In this document: piece after piece, positions 49,418-59,433 of the stretch
Layout of the letters: every line of letters begins with the position of its first letter
Numbering within the stretch: position 1 is the stretch's first letter
Origin: Methanomassiliicoccaceae archaeon
GTDB taxonomy: Archaea; Thermoplasmatota; Thermoplasmata; Methanomassiliicoccales; Methanomassiliicoccaceae
Direction: 5' to 3'
Assembly: GCA_040776945.1 (NCBI GenBank)
Contig: JAXGZN010000002.1
Coordinates: forward strand, 928,001-992,000
Length of the DNA: 64,000 nucleotides
The notes under the pieces: generated by a model
Seen by the model: the letters and a program-made list of their open reading frames with translations, nothing else
Database searches by the model: none
Told to the model about the DNA's origin: nothing
Position numbers and translations under genes: made by a program

Positions 49418-49892
49418 TCCTTCCTTGGTTCTGAGAACGCCCCTGATCCATATGAGCGGTGACCGAGTTGATGGTCGCGTATGATGGCTCGAAGTACAGA
49501 GCGATGATGCAGTCTCCGCTGTCGAACGGCCCGGCGACCGATATGTTATCGCCGCTCTCCACCAGGCCGTCGTGGTCCCTGTCGACACGAGCGACCGTGA
49601 ACTCCCTGCCGTCCTCGAGGGCCAAGGTTGCGCCGCTTCATGTCAGGACCGCGTGAGCCCAGGAGTTCGTCCCGCTAACGGAGAGATATGCGGATACTGC
49701 GGAAGAGTCGGTGGGGTTGGAGATGTACAACGTGAGGTTCACGACGCCCTCCTTGCTTGTATCGACCGATCCAAAACTTGCTGCCGGCGCACATGACGGC
49801 GTCACTCCACGCGTCATAACTAGGAGAACGAGAACGGCGATCACGCCTATGGCCGCGATCGATGTCCCGACGATCGACCGCCGTGTCCTCAT
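49320..49892 (-). pseudogene. Secreted/pilin-like protein interrupted by an in-frame TGA
   Basis: ORFs 49638-49919 and 49320-49625 share one frame, separated by TGA at 49640-49638; N-terminal TM helix; DRDHDGLVESGD motif. Confidence 0.55.
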
Positions 49893-49937
49893 CGGCGTGA
49901 TATCGCCGTCGAAATGCAAATCAAAAGAGCTTGGAGC

Positions 49938-50567
49938 TCATTTCCCGCGCGCGTCGCCCCAGATCATTTTGTGCAGCTGAGGCATGACCCGCACCATCAG
50001 GCGGTCCGCCAGCACCCACTCCGCGAGGGGCTTGAGCACCGTGCCGCCCACCGGGGTGAATATCACCGGGGCGTTGATCTCGTGCTCCCTGAGCACCTTG
50101 CGGGAGAACAGGTAATCAACACGGTCGGCGATGACGAACTTGACCTGGTCCCGGGGAGCGAGGAACTCGAGATTTTCCATTAGGTTCCTGTCGGACATCC
50201 CGGAGCTGGGGCACTTGACGTCCATGGAGATCATGACCTCCTCGGAGTCGGGGATCGACTCGAGAGGCATCGAGCCGTTGGTCTCCACGGTCACGTGGTA
50301 CTCGTTGTCCACGAGAAGCGAGATGAGGCGATGGATGTCCTCCTGCAGCAGGGGCTCCCCGCCGGTGACGCCGACGAATGGCACGCCCTCCCTCTCTACC
50401 CGATCGAAGATCTGGTCGATCGTCATCTCCGTGCCGCCCTGCCTAGCGTACCTCGTGTCGCACCACGCGCAGTCCAGGTTGCATCCCACCGTTCGCACGA
50501 AGGTGGTGGGAGTCCCCATGAGCACTCCTTCGCCCTGGAGCGAGCAGAATATCTCGCTTATCCTCAT
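49938..50567 (-). CDS. queE: 7-carboxy-7-deazaguanine synthase (radical SAM)
   Basis: SLQGEG, CNLDCAWCDT, TGGEP, ETNG, PQLHK. Confidence 0.93.
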   Translation of the reverse strand: MRISEIFCSLQGEGVLMGTPTTFVRTVGCNLDCAWCDTRYARQGGTEMTIDQIFDRVEREGVPFVGVTGGEPLLQEDIHRLISLLVDNEYHVTVETNGSMPLESIPDSEEVMISMDVKCPSSGMSDRNLMENLEFLAPRDQVKFVIADRVDYLFSRKVLREHEINAPVIFTPVGGTVLKPLAEWVLADRLMVRVMPQLHKMIWGDARGK

Positions 50568-51256
50568 CTGGTCGCCTCGTACGGCACGGGGTCCTTCACG
50601 CCAGCCTCCCGGAAGCCCTTGAGGCGAAGGAGGCAGGAGTCGCACCGCCCGCAAGCCCTCTCGCCGCCCTGATAGCATGACCAGGTGAGGTGCAGCGGCG
50701 CCTTCAGCTTCATGGCGAGGGTGACGATCTCTCCCTTGGTCATGTCCAGTATCGGCGCCTCCACCCGGATCGGACGTCCTTCCACGCCTGCCTTTGTGCC
50801 GACGCGAAGTACATGCTGGAATGCTTCGAGGAACTCAGGGCGGCAGTCCGGATAGCCGGAGTAGTCCACGGCGTTGATCCCGATGAATATCGCCTCGGCG
50901 CCCACCGACTCGCACAGGCCGGCGGCGATGCTGAGCATGATGATGTTGCGCGCCGGAACGTAGGTCGCCGGGATCTCCTCCGAGACGTCCTCCAGGGACC
51001 TCCGCTTCGGAACGTCCACGGCATCGGAGATGAGCGCGCTGGTGTTGAGGAAGCTCAGGTCCAAATGGGTCATCACGTGCTTCTTGACCGAGTAGTGCGC
51101 GGCCACCGCTCTTGCGGACTCCAGCTCCCGGGAGTGCTTCTGCCCGTAGCTCATGGTGAGAGGCACGACCTCGTACCCCCTGGAAACGGCATATGCCAGT
51201 GTGGTCGTGGAGTCCAGTCCGCCGGAGAGCAGCACCACGGCCCTCTTCAATCCCAT
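50564..51256 (-). CDS. queC: 7-cyano-7-deazaguanine synthase
   Basis: SGGLDS, YVPARN, GYPDCRP, TWSCY..CGRCDSC. Confidence 0.96.
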   Translation of the reverse strand: MGLKRAVVLLSGGLDSTTTLAYAVSRGYEVVPLTMSYGQKHSRELESARAVAAHYSVKKHVMTHLDLSFLNTSALISDAVDVPKRRSLEDVSEEIPATYVPARNIIMLSIAAGLCESVGAEAIFIGINAVDYSGYPDCRPEFLEAFQHVLRVGTKAGVEGRPIRVEAPILDMTKGEIVTLAMKLKAPLHLTWSCYQGGERACGRCDSCLLRLKGFREAGVKDPVPYEATR

Positions 51257-51723
51257 ACCTCGCGCTTCACCCACGCGGTCTGGCCCCTCTCCTCGTCCAG
51301 TCCGATCTCCACGATGTTCACGTTGGGCGGGAATTTCAGGATCTTGAGAAGCCGGTTGACTATGAACTCAGCGAGCTCCTCCGCGCTGGTCTGCGTGAGG
51401 TCCAAGACCGCCACGTCCTCGTTGGGGAACACATACCGCTTGCTCGCCACCAGCACCTCGACCTCGCGACCCTTCCTGATGGTCACGGTCTTGGACCTCG
51501 ACGGCAGCAGGACGCGGTGATCGAGCTCGGCCACGATCTTCTTCAGGGCCTTCTTCAGGTCAACGAAGTCCATGACCATTCCGTCATCGGCCTTCTCGCC
51601 GTACAGCACGAGATGCAGCGTGTAGCTGTGCCCGTGGAGCCTTCCACACTTGGCGTGCCCAGGAATGAAGTGGGAGGCGGAGAACTTTATGCCCGAGTAC
51701 TCTCCGTCGATCTCGATCCTCAT
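51247..51723 (-). CDS. queD: 6-carboxytetrahydropterin synthase
   Basis: FSASH, CGRLHGHSY, LDH, SAEELA. Confidence 0.92.
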   Translation of the reverse strand: MRIEIDGEYSGIKFSASHFIPGHAKCGRLHGHSYTLHLVLYGEKADDGMVMDFVDLKKALKKIVAELDHRVLLPSRSKTVTIRKGREVEVLVASKRYVFPNEDVAVLDLTQTSAEELAEFIVNRLLKILKFPPNVNIVEIGLDEERGQTAWVKREVWD

Positions 51724-52010
51724 GATTACCGGACACGTATCTCGGTATTAAGCATTTTACACCTTCGCCTTTTTCTGGCAAGGCATATTGGGGTTTCCTG
51801 TCCGTCGGACCTGAGAGGGAGTCTAGATGCGTTATAAGGTATGCACTCGACGGCGGGCGTCTTGAACTCCCCGCTCCGATCAGAGGCCCAAGCGCCTTGG
51901 AAGGCCGGCCTCTTACCGCCCGAATCACTTATGGCCAAGCCCGCATGGTTGTCCCCAGCCGATGGCCATGATGGGGCTCCGGCGTCCCATGGTGGTATGG
52001 GCCGCCCACA

Positions 52011-52772
52011 TTAATGGTTCCTGAGGGCCAGCACCGCGGCCAATGCAATGGAGTCGGCATAGCTGGCCTTGGCCCGCGAGGTGTCGATGTACGGCCTGTC
52101 TATGTTTAGCACCGGGGCCCCCAGCGCCTTCCCCCCTCCTAGAAAATGGAGGGTACGGAACACCAGGTTCCCGGATATCCCGTCGGGGGCGATGATGACG
52201 TCGCATTCCTTGGCGGCGTCCTCTATGAGTATCTGCACGTCCCGCGCGTCTATCCCTTCTCTTAACAAACGCGCAACGACCTCGGCGGAATCGTCGATAG
52301 TGCGGTCCACCGCCGCCATCCGGCCGATGTCCGAACTGCGGCCGCCGCACATCACGCCGACCACTGGATTCTTGATGAGCGGCGACAACGTCCGCACCGA
52401 AAGCCGGGCCAGCTCTATCTTCTCCTCAACGGTCCATCCTTCATCGATGCCTACGGGGGAGAAGAGGAACATCCTTCCGCCCACCGGCTCCAGGAAGGCC
52501 GCGCGCAGCACCTTGTCGACGCCGAACACCGACCGTACGGCGGCCATCGCCTCGTTGGAACCGAGGTCGCCCCGGACCGCGGCATCGATCATCCCTGAGC
52601 GAAGGTCCTCCGCAAGCCGGAGAGGGTCGCGATAGACGGACACGCTCCCATACCCTTTGGCGCTCGCCTCCTCGCTGCTCTCGACGGCCTTGCGTTCGTC
52701 GGTCCCCGCGCCGATCCCTATCCGCATCCTGCTGGACCTGGCGCGGGAGAGCACGAGGTCAGATGTCATCAT
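52011..52772 (-). CDS. mtxX: Methanogenesis marker protein Mmp4/MtxX
   Basis: DAAVRG, PVGIDEG, ILIEDA, APDGISGNLVFR, DTSR. Confidence 0.88.
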   Translation of the reverse strand: MMTSDLVLSRARSSRMRIGIGAGTDERKAVESSEEASAKGYGSVSVYRDPLRLAEDLRSGMIDAAVRGDLGSNEAMAAVRSVFGVDKVLRAAFLEPVGGRMFLFSPVGIDEGWTVEEKIELARLSVRTLSPLIKNPVVGVMCGGRSSDIGRMAAVDRTIDDSAEVVARLLREGIDARDVQILIEDAAKECDVIIAPDGISGNLVFRTLHFLGGGKALGAPVLNIDRPYIDTSRAKASYADSIALAAVLALRNH

Positions 52773-53013
52773 CGGCCGGTCATCGCCACGGCCAAATTAA
52801 TATTTCACGCTGGTCTTGAACGACCTTGAGCAGCCTTTGATGGGCGCTCGTTCCTAGTCCGTGGTCATGGAGGCGGCGGGCATGGCCGCGAGGTTCGTCG
52901 GCGTTACTATGGGCGCTCCTCTTCGTCCGGAGGCCGGTGCCGTGGATTGGTTCCCTGTCGTGGGACGTGAGAGATGGGTGGTCCAACCGTTCCTGACGGC
53001 CGGAAAGGGCCTG

Positions 53014-54000
53014 TCATCCCAATATCATGTCCATTCGGTACTCGGACCACTGCCTCTCCCCAAGAACTATCTCCATCTCTGGAGGTGTCAAGATGGGCTT
53101 CTTGTATCTCAAGTTATCATCGATGGCGACGCGGGGGCATGCCGTAGACACATAGGCGTCGGCCCGATAGGGCAGCAAGCGGTCGGGATGGAGTTCCTCC
53201 AGGAGCACTATCTCCGCGCTCCTTCCATGCGCCTCGGCCTTTCGCTTCAGTTCCTGTGCCAATCCCATCCTCATCTGCCCCGCCTTGGTTGACACAAGCA
53301 CCAGGAAACGCCTCGCTTCCGCCGCCCGGGCGATCGCGGCGAACCTCTGCCGCATGATCTTGTCCTTCAGCTCTCCAATCTCCCGGACCTCGTTCATAAG
53401 CGGATCGATGATGAGGACCGGCAGGTCGAACTCGATGGCCACGCTGAGCGGATGGAAATCGCCGCTCCCGACATACAGTAACTGGTCCACACGGTCAGCT
53501 ATCGAGGTCACTGAGGTTATGTTACAGCCGAGGACCTGCCCCTCGAACCTGATGCGCGGGTCTCCCCTGCCGATGAGAGCCTCCTTCCCATGAGACCCTA
53601 GCCACTCTTTGACGCGGGAGAGCGTTCGGACATGCTGCACCGTGGTCAGAAGGCCGATGCGGTCCTTGAGCTTCGGAAGAGCCTGTTCCAGCAGTCCTTC
53701 GATGGCGACGTCCATGAAGATCTCGACGAAAAGCACGCGGTCATCGCAGGTCATCGAAGGGATGTCAGCATGGCCAAACTGCACCAGGGCATCCGCAAAC
53801 TCGCGGAAGCGGACGGCGTAATCGCAGGCCCCATAGCATGGGTCTCCGATGATGAGGCACGAGGCGCCGGTCCTTGCCTCGATCTCGTGGGAGACATCCT
53901 GAGCGTGAGTCTTCAGGCCTTCAGGCATCTGGACGGCGACCGTGCGGGCGCCGACCTTATCTATCCAGGCGGCGACCTCCTCCAGTCTGAAGTCGTACAT
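53014..54000 (-). CDS. dph2: Diphthamide biosynthesis enzyme Dph2
   Basis: QMPEGLK, CYGACD, GQVLGC, TACPR, LTPPE. Confidence 0.95.
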   Translation of the reverse strand: MYDFRLEEVAAWIDKVGARTVAVQMPEGLKTHAQDVSHEIEARTGASCLIIGDPCYGACDYAVRFREFADALVQFGHADIPSMTCDDRVLFVEIFMDVAIEGLLEQALPKLKDRIGLLTTVQHVRTLSRVKEWLGSHGKEALIGRGDPRIRFEGQVLGCNITSVTSIADRVDQLLYVGSGDFHPLSVAIEFDLPVLIIDPLMNEVREIGELKDKIMRQRFAAIARAAEARRFLVLVSTKAGQMRMGLAQELKRKAEAHGRSAEIVLLEELHPDRLLPYRADAYVSTACPRVAIDDNLRYKKPILTPPEMEIVLGERQWSEYRMDMILG

Positions 54001-54044
54001 GATGCCCCTGCTGAAAAATAAGGAAAAGATGGTGTGGAAGGGGT

Positions 54045-54563
54045 TTACGCCACCAGTTCGGCGCCCTTCTCGATGTCGATATAGCAGGGCGAAGGCAGCT
54101 TCATGGACGCCTTCCACAAGGCCTCCTTGGCCACTTTGAACGCCTGCTGAGTGACCCTGATGGTCATGACAACGTCGCCGGACTGCATCCTGGCTGCGGT
54201 GCCGACGGCCTTACCGAAGGCGGCCCTCATCCCGCCGGACACACGGTCCGCCCCGGCGCCGGTGGCCATCTTGTGCTCGCGGAGCACGATGTGCGGATAG
54301 GGTCTGATCTTAAGGTGATAGGATGCCGAAGTGGTCCCTTTGCTGAGAGCACGATTGGCCGCGATACGGGCCGCCTCAAGAGAGGTGTGTCTGACTTGGC
54401 AGGGCTCTTTGAACTTGAGGTTCATGGTGATGGGGAAGTCCCCATTGATGGTGCCAAGGTCGAAGGTGACGATACGCGGTGCGGGCACTCCGCCCATGTA
54501 CTCCCTGCGGGTATAGGCCTGGCCCCTGATCTGGCGGTACATTCTTCCGGGCTTGCGTGACAT
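54045..54563 (-). CDS. rpl10e: 50S ribosomal protein uL16 (L10e)
   Basis: YTRREYMGGVP, LEAARIAANR, GADRVSGGMRAAFGK. Confidence 0.97.
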   Translation of the reverse strand: MSRKPGRMYRQIRGQAYTRREYMGGVPAPRIVTFDLGTINGDFPITMNLKFKEPCQVRHTSLEAARIAANRALSKGTTSASYHLKIRPYPHIVLREHKMATGAGADRVSGGMRAAFGKAVGTAARMQSGDVVMTIRVTQQAFKVAKEALWKASMKLPSPCYIDIEKGAELVA

Positions 54564-54673
54564 AAAGGCTCACCTGTGAGATTACGATTTGAAGGTTGGG
54601 TTCATTATTGTTTTTGTATTTATAACTGGTGGCCCGCCCCGGACCACCAGCATAAAAAAAGAAAGACCGCCGA

Positions 54674-55027
54674 TCAATTCTTTGTGATCACTGGCTTGTC
54701 GCTGATGAGGGACATGTCCTCGACCTTGCCGTCGATCAGCTCCAGTTTCACCCTTACCTCGCCCCTCTCCATGAAAATGGATGCCTTGCGAAGCATGGAC
54801 TGGTACATCGCGATCCTTTTGCCTGAGGCGGACATCTTCATGTCAGCGCACCTTAGAAGACCAAGGTTCTCGAGCATCCTGATCCGATTATAGCAAGCGG
54901 ATATCGGGATCCCCAGGTTCTCGCTCATGTCCGAGGCGGTCCTCGGCCTATCTATCGACCACACCAGAATACGCGCTGCGTATTCGTCGTTCATCACACC
55001 TGAAGCTGTGAGTGCATCCATTTCCAT
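54674..55027 (-). CDS. Winged-helix transcriptional regulator (ArsR-like)
   Basis: DEYAARIL, IPISACYNRIRMLENLGLL. Confidence 0.85.
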   Translation of the reverse strand: MEMDALTASGVMNDEYAARILVWSIDRPRTASDMSENLGIPISACYNRIRMLENLGLLRCADMKMSASGKRIAMYQSMLRKASIFMERGEVRVKLELIDGKVEDMSLISDKPVITKN

Positions 55028-55122
55028 CCCTGGACGGCGAATCACTATCTAATGATATAATTCATTGCATTGTTCCGGTCGTGATTCTTGTAATATAGAA
55101 CGAGTTATCGGGCGATACAAGG

Positions 55123-55530
55123 ATGAACACCTCCGACTATATGTCCTTAATGACAGAGGCCGAAGGATGCGATGATGAGGTCCGGGCGGAGATAAGGAGA
55201 AGGCTTGAGAGGATCGTCGAGGTCTTCGGGGAGGTCCCCTTGGTATCAAGGACTCTGGCGGATTGTCCAGGCATATTCATACCGTTCAGCGATCTGTCTA
55301 AAAGACTGCTCCTGGAGCCGGAGCATCTGAGCGCCAAAGAGATGGAGATCGCTGCGGTCGCTGCGGGGGTGGCACTGGGGAGCGAGCATTGCCTTAATAT
55401 CCATATTCCGCAGGCCTTGAGGTCGGGAGCTACCTTGGAAGAGCTCGTGGAGGTCATCATGGTCGCCTCCTTCATGTCGATGACCAAGGGGCAGTCCATT
55501 GCCTTCAGGAAGCTTGCAGAGCACAGATAG
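55123..55530 (+). CDS. Carboxymuconolactone decarboxylase/AhpD family protein
   Basis: LSAKEMEIAAVA..SEHCLNIH..A...GAT.EEL. Confidence 0.85.
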   Translation: MNTSDYMSLMTEAEGCDDEVRAEIRRRLERIVEVFGEVPLVSRTLADCPGIFIPFSDLSKRLLLEPEHLSAKEMEIAAVAAGVALGSEHCLNIHIPQALRSGATLEELVEVIMVASFMSMTKGQSIAFRKLAEHR

Positions 55531-55589
55531 GGCCGAGAACAGCGCGGCCGGGCGAGGTTATTTTTACCTCTTGCTCGAAGACTGAACCG

Positions 55590-55943
55590 ATGGGACCGGT
55601 GGAGATCCAACGGATGATCAGGTCGAGAGTGGCCATGCTCACCAACGCCAATCCTGACCTATCGATCGAGGACGACGTGATCGAAGGCGATTGGGGCCTG
55701 CTGACCCTCAAGGAACGAGGGCATCTGGTAGGCTTCGAGTTCCTGGAGACCGAGGATAGTTGGAGGCGCCCGGATGCGGTCATCCAGTACTTCGAGGCTT
55801 CCGACGACGGCTACTATGTTGGAGTGATCGTGCCGGAGGAGTGGTATGATGAGGTGACCGAACGCATCTATACTATGGGAGAGCTGCCCGTTGTGGTCCT
55901 TACCTATGAGGGGCTGGGAGTGGCACCTCTGCGGTTGGGTTGA
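55590..55943 (+). CDS. Hypothetical protein
   Basis: 117-aa acidic ORF with typical codon usage. Confidence 0.7.
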   Translation: MGPVEIQRMIRSRVAMLTNANPDLSIEDDVIEGDWGLLTLKERGHLVGFEFLETEDSWRRPDAVIQYFEASDDGYYVGVIVPEEWYDEVTERIYTMGELPVVVLTYEGLGVAPLRLG

Positions 55944-56122
55944 GAACCTCGCATCGCAAGAGCGGAGGCATAACGGCCAGATTGACGATATATGATCGTC
56001 CTGCGGCGCTTGTTCCGACGATTGGCGGACCATTGATTGGTCCAGCCCTTGGACGCTCTTCCGCACGGGCGAAACCTATTTGATGGCCATCCTCTCTCCT
56101 GCCCTGACGGCAAGGTCGGCAG

Positions 56123-56635
56123 ATGGTAAGGAACAGGATAACCAACAAGGAGGCGAGGGGCATAGCCCGTCGCCGGATGGCCCGGCTCATGGACCTTGCC
56201 GCGGTAGAGGCCAAGGAAGGAAGGCTGGAATGGAGCCGCCGATATGTTCGCTTGGCCATCTCCATCGGCAAGCGGACCAACACCCGCATGCTGAAGGAGC
56301 GATCATACTGCAAGGGGTGCATGGTCGCCCTCGTTCCCGGCCACAATTGCCGTGTTCGGCTGCGATCGTGCCGGATTAGCATCCACTGCCTAGTCTGCGG
56401 CCATGTCAGGCGATTGCCCTATCTGAGGGAGAAGAGAGGTGCGAAGCATGCCGGTGAAGAAGACGAAGAAGGAATTGGTTCGGATGGGGTCGGAGATCGA
56501 TCCCACAGTGCACGTGGGAAAGGAAGGCCTGACCGAGGGGATCGTGCAAGAAGTGAAGGCGCAACTGAAGAGGTCCAAGCTTATCAAGGTCAAGGTCCTT
56601 CCCGCGGCGGGACAGGACAAGGACGAGGTGGCTGA
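56123..56635 (+). CDS. rnp4: Ribonuclease P protein component 4 (Rpp21) with C-terminal extension
   Basis: IARRRM, RRYVRLA, CKGC..LVPG..CLVCG..RR.PY. Confidence 0.88.
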   Translation: MVRNRITNKEARGIARRRMARLMDLAAVEAKEGRLEWSRRYVRLAISIGKRTNTRMLKERSYCKGCMVALVPGHNCRVRLRSCRISIHCLVCGHVRRLPYLREKRGAKHAGEEDEEGIGSDGVGDRSHSARGKGRPDRGDRARSEGATEEVQAYQGQGPSRGGTGQGRGG

Positions 56636-56732
56636 GGAGCTGGCGGCCAGGACCGGGGCCAAGGTCGTGGAGACGCGTGGTTTCACCGTGCTGCTCAGTG
56701 AGGCAAGTCTTTTTGATGAGAAAGCGCATTGA
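56448..56732 (+). CDS. yhbY: YhbY/CRM RNA-binding protein
   Basis: PTVHVGKEGL, LIKVK, VVETRG.TVLL. Confidence 0.9.
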   Translation: MPVKKTKKELVRMGSEIDPTVHVGKEGLTEGIVQEVKAQLKRSKLIKVKVLPAAGQDKDEVAEELAARTGAKVVETRGFTVLLSEASLFDEKAH

Positions 56733-56752
56733 TGCCCCGAAGATGACTGGAC

Positions 56753-58015
56753 ATGCTTGATATCGACCTTATCCGCAATGACCCGGACAGGGTGCGCGCA
56801 TCCTTGAGGGACCGCAATTATCCGGAGCAGCTGTTGGACGAATTTCTGCGCATCGACGGGGAGTGGCGGAAGCTCATAGATGAAGGGAACCATCTCAAGT
56901 ACGAAAGGAACCGGGCCTCCGAGACCGTGCCCAAGTTAAAGGGCGAGGAGAAGCAGAAGGTTATCGGAGAGATGCGCCGGATCTCCGACAGGATCAAGCA
57001 TATCGATACCATGGTCCATGAGCTGGAGGAAGCTAGAACGGAGATCGTTCTTAATTTCCCCAACCTCCCGGACGCCTCGGTGCCGAAGGGGAAGGACCCG
57101 GCCGATAATGTGGTCGTGAGGACGTTCGGCGCTCCGCGGCCCTTCGACTTCGTTCCGAAGAAGCACTACGAGCTCGGAGAGGACCTGGACATAATCGACT
57201 TCGTGCGCGGGGCCAAGGTCACGGGAAGCGGGTTCTTCGTGCTCAAGGGCGACGGCGCTAGGTTGGACCGCGCGCTGACCCAGTATATGCTTGACCTCCA
57301 CCATCGGCAGGGTTATGTAGAGGTCTTCCCGCCGGCCATCGTGAACACGGCCGCCGTCATAGGGACCGGACAATATCCTAAGATGAAGGATGATATGTAC
57401 TGGTGCGAGCGGGACGACCTGTGGCTGAACCCCACGGCCGAGGTTCCAGTGACCAACCTGCACCAGGATGAGATTTTTGAGAAGGGGCAGCTGCCGCTGT
57501 CCTATACCGCATACCTGCCTTCGTTCCGCCGGGAGGCGGGAAGGAGTGCCGATACCCGGGGCATCATACGCGTACATCAGTTTAACAAGGTCGAGCTCGT
57601 CAAGTTCGTATTCCCAGGGACAAGTTCGCATGATCTTGAGGTGCTGAGATCTGACGCGGAGGCCGTGCTGCAGGGACTGGAGCTGCCATACCGCGTGCTC
57701 CTGCTGTGCACCGGGGACATGGGATTCGCCAGCGCCAAGACCTATGACCTGGAGGCGTTCGCACCGGGTCAAGAGCAGTGGCTGGAGGTGTCCTCATGCT
57801 CTTGCTTCACCGACTTCCAAGCCCGTAGGGCCCGTATAAAGTTCCGCCCAGAGGCCCATCTCAAGAGCGAGTTCGTCCACACTCTGAACGGCTCTGGTTT
57901 GGCCCTCCCTCGTACCATGGTCGCGGTCATGGAGAACTATCAGAACAAGGACGGCACCATCACCGTTCCCAAGATCCTCCGTCCATATATGCAAGGGCAA
58001 GAGATCATCGAATAG
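56753..58015 (+). CDS. serS: Serine--tRNA ligase (type 1)
   Basis: MLDIDLIR, PTAEVP, FRREAG, RVHQFNKVE, HTLNGSG. Confidence 0.97.
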   Translation: MLDIDLIRNDPDRVRASLRDRNYPEQLLDEFLRIDGEWRKLIDEGNHLKYERNRASETVPKLKGEEKQKVIGEMRRISDRIKHIDTMVHELEEARTEIVLNFPNLPDASVPKGKDPADNVVVRTFGAPRPFDFVPKKHYELGEDLDIIDFVRGAKVTGSGFFVLKGDGARLDRALTQYMLDLHHRQGYVEVFPPAIVNTAAVIGTGQYPKMKDDMYWCERDDLWLNPTAEVPVTNLHQDEIFEKGQLPLSYTAYLPSFRREAGRSADTRGIIRVHQFNKVELVKFVFPGTSSHDLEVLRSDAEAVLQGLELPYRVLLLCTGDMGFASAKTYDLEAFAPGQEQWLEVSSCSCFTDFQARRARIKFRPEAHLKSEFVHTLNGSGLALPRTMVAVMENYQNKDGTITVPKILRPYMQGQEIIE

Positions 58016-58136
58016 GGCGCCGCCTCAACGCTGGCCATGTCCGCTCGCTCCAGGCCAGATCCGTCCCCTAGTAGGGGAGAGGCACTATCTCAGGATACAA
58101 ATTAAATAAGGTGCCATCGTTCCGCTGAAGGGATGC

Positions 58137-59405
58137 ATGATGAACGGATTGACGATCGAGACGGTGCTGCTTCAGATATTGGTGCTCTTCGTAATGGCCA
58201 AGGTCAGCGGGCTCGTCTGCGAAAGGATCGGCATCCCTCCGGTCATCGGTGAGATACTGGCAGGGACCATTGTAGCTAACACCTTACTCTTCCAATGGCT
58301 CAGCTTGGACCTTGGCATGTCCCTGTTCGAGGTGCTGAGCGAACTGGGCGTCATCTTCCTGCTGTTCGCCGTGGGTCTGGAGACCCCGTTCTCGGAACTG
58401 CGCAAGGTGGGCAGGACCGCAACTCTCGTTGCCTGCCTCGGCGTTGTGGTCCCTTTCATCGCCGGTCTTTCGCTCATCATCGGCCTGGGGCATAGCACCA
58501 ACGAGGCCTTGTTCATCGGAGCGGCCATGGTGGCCACGAGCGTCGGCATCACCGCCCGGGTGATCAAAGACCTGGACCTTACGAGGTCCATCGAGTCCAG
58601 GGTGATCATCGGCGCCGCTGTGATCGACGACGTGCTGGGGATGATCGTCCTAGCCATAGTGGTGGGCATCGCCGAGGGTGGCCGCACAGGGATCATCGAT
58701 ATCGGCCTGGTCACGTTGACCGCTCTGCTCTTCGTGCTGCTGGTGATCTTCTTCGGCTCCATAGTGATCCCTAAGGCAAGGGAGCGTGCGAACGGAAGAA
58801 GGCCGAATGGGCCGATAGACGACAGTACGGTCTGCGTAAGGAAGAGGAAGTTTGCCGTATCTCCGCTGCCCATCGCGATCATCGTATGTTTGGCCCTGTC
58901 CTTCGCTGCGGCACATGTAGGGCTCGCGGCCATAATCGGCGCCTTCCTTGCCGGCATGGTCTTCGCTGAGTTCAAGGACAAGTGGCCATGCGAGGAGGAT
59001 TTTCGGCCTATCAACGCGTTCCTCGTGCCGTTCTTCTTCCTGTTCGTTGGAATGATGGTCGATCTGTCCTCCTTCTCCGAGGTGTTCGTGCTCGCTGTGG
59101 TCATCACCTTGATAGCGGTAGCAACGAAGTACATCGGCTGCGGGCTTGGCTCGATAAAGCTAGGAAAGGGCTCGGCCAACATCATAGGCGTAGGGATGGT
59201 TCCCCGAGGCGAGGTCGGCATCATCGTGGCCACCATCGGCCTCACCATGAAAGTGGTTCCACCAAGCATGTTCTCGGTGGTCGTCTTCATGTCCATGGCC
59301 ACCACCATCGTGGCGCCATTCCTGCTCACCTGGGCGTTCCGCCGCAAGTACGGCATCTGTCCTGAGGACCCGGGAGAGGTCCAGGAACATGGCCTGAGGA
59401 TCTAG
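58137..59405 (+). CDS. CPA2 cation:proton antiporter
   Basis: GVIFLLF.VGLE, ATSVGI, AAVIDD, GMVPRGEV. Confidence 0.92.
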   Translation: MMNGLTIETVLLQILVLFVMAKVSGLVCERIGIPPVIGEILAGTIVANTLLFQWLSLDLGMSLFEVLSELGVIFLLFAVGLETPFSELRKVGRTATLVACLGVVVPFIAGLSLIIGLGHSTNEALFIGAAMVATSVGITARVIKDLDLTRSIESRVIIGAAVIDDVLGMIVLAIVVGIAEGGRTGIIDIGLVTLTALLFVLLVIFFGSIVIPKARERANGRRPNGPIDDSTVCVRKRKFAVSPLPIAIIVCLALSFAAAHVGLAAIIGAFLAGMVFAEFKDKWPCEEDFRPINAFLVPFFFLFVGMMVDLSSFSEVFVLAVVITLIAVATKYIGCGLGSIKLGKGSANIIGVGMVPRGEVGIIVATIGLTMKVVPPSMFSVVVFMSMATTIVAPFLLTWAFRRKYGICPEDPGEVQEHGLRI

Positions 59406-59433
59406 CGCCTCATCCTTCTGGAGGCCACCTCGG

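Noticed and set aside
49938-51723. queDCE as a DNA deazaguanine-modification (dpd) defence island
   Set aside because: No dpdA/tgt-like or restriction genes nearby; preQ0 supply for archaeosine is the ordinary explanation; no preQ1 riboswitch pattern seen upstream
54620-54660. Hairpin CTGGTGG..CCACCAG and TTATAAC as a second site for the HTH-CBS regulator
   Set aside because: Only a half-site; better explained as the rpl10e TATA box next to the upstream gene's T-tract terminator
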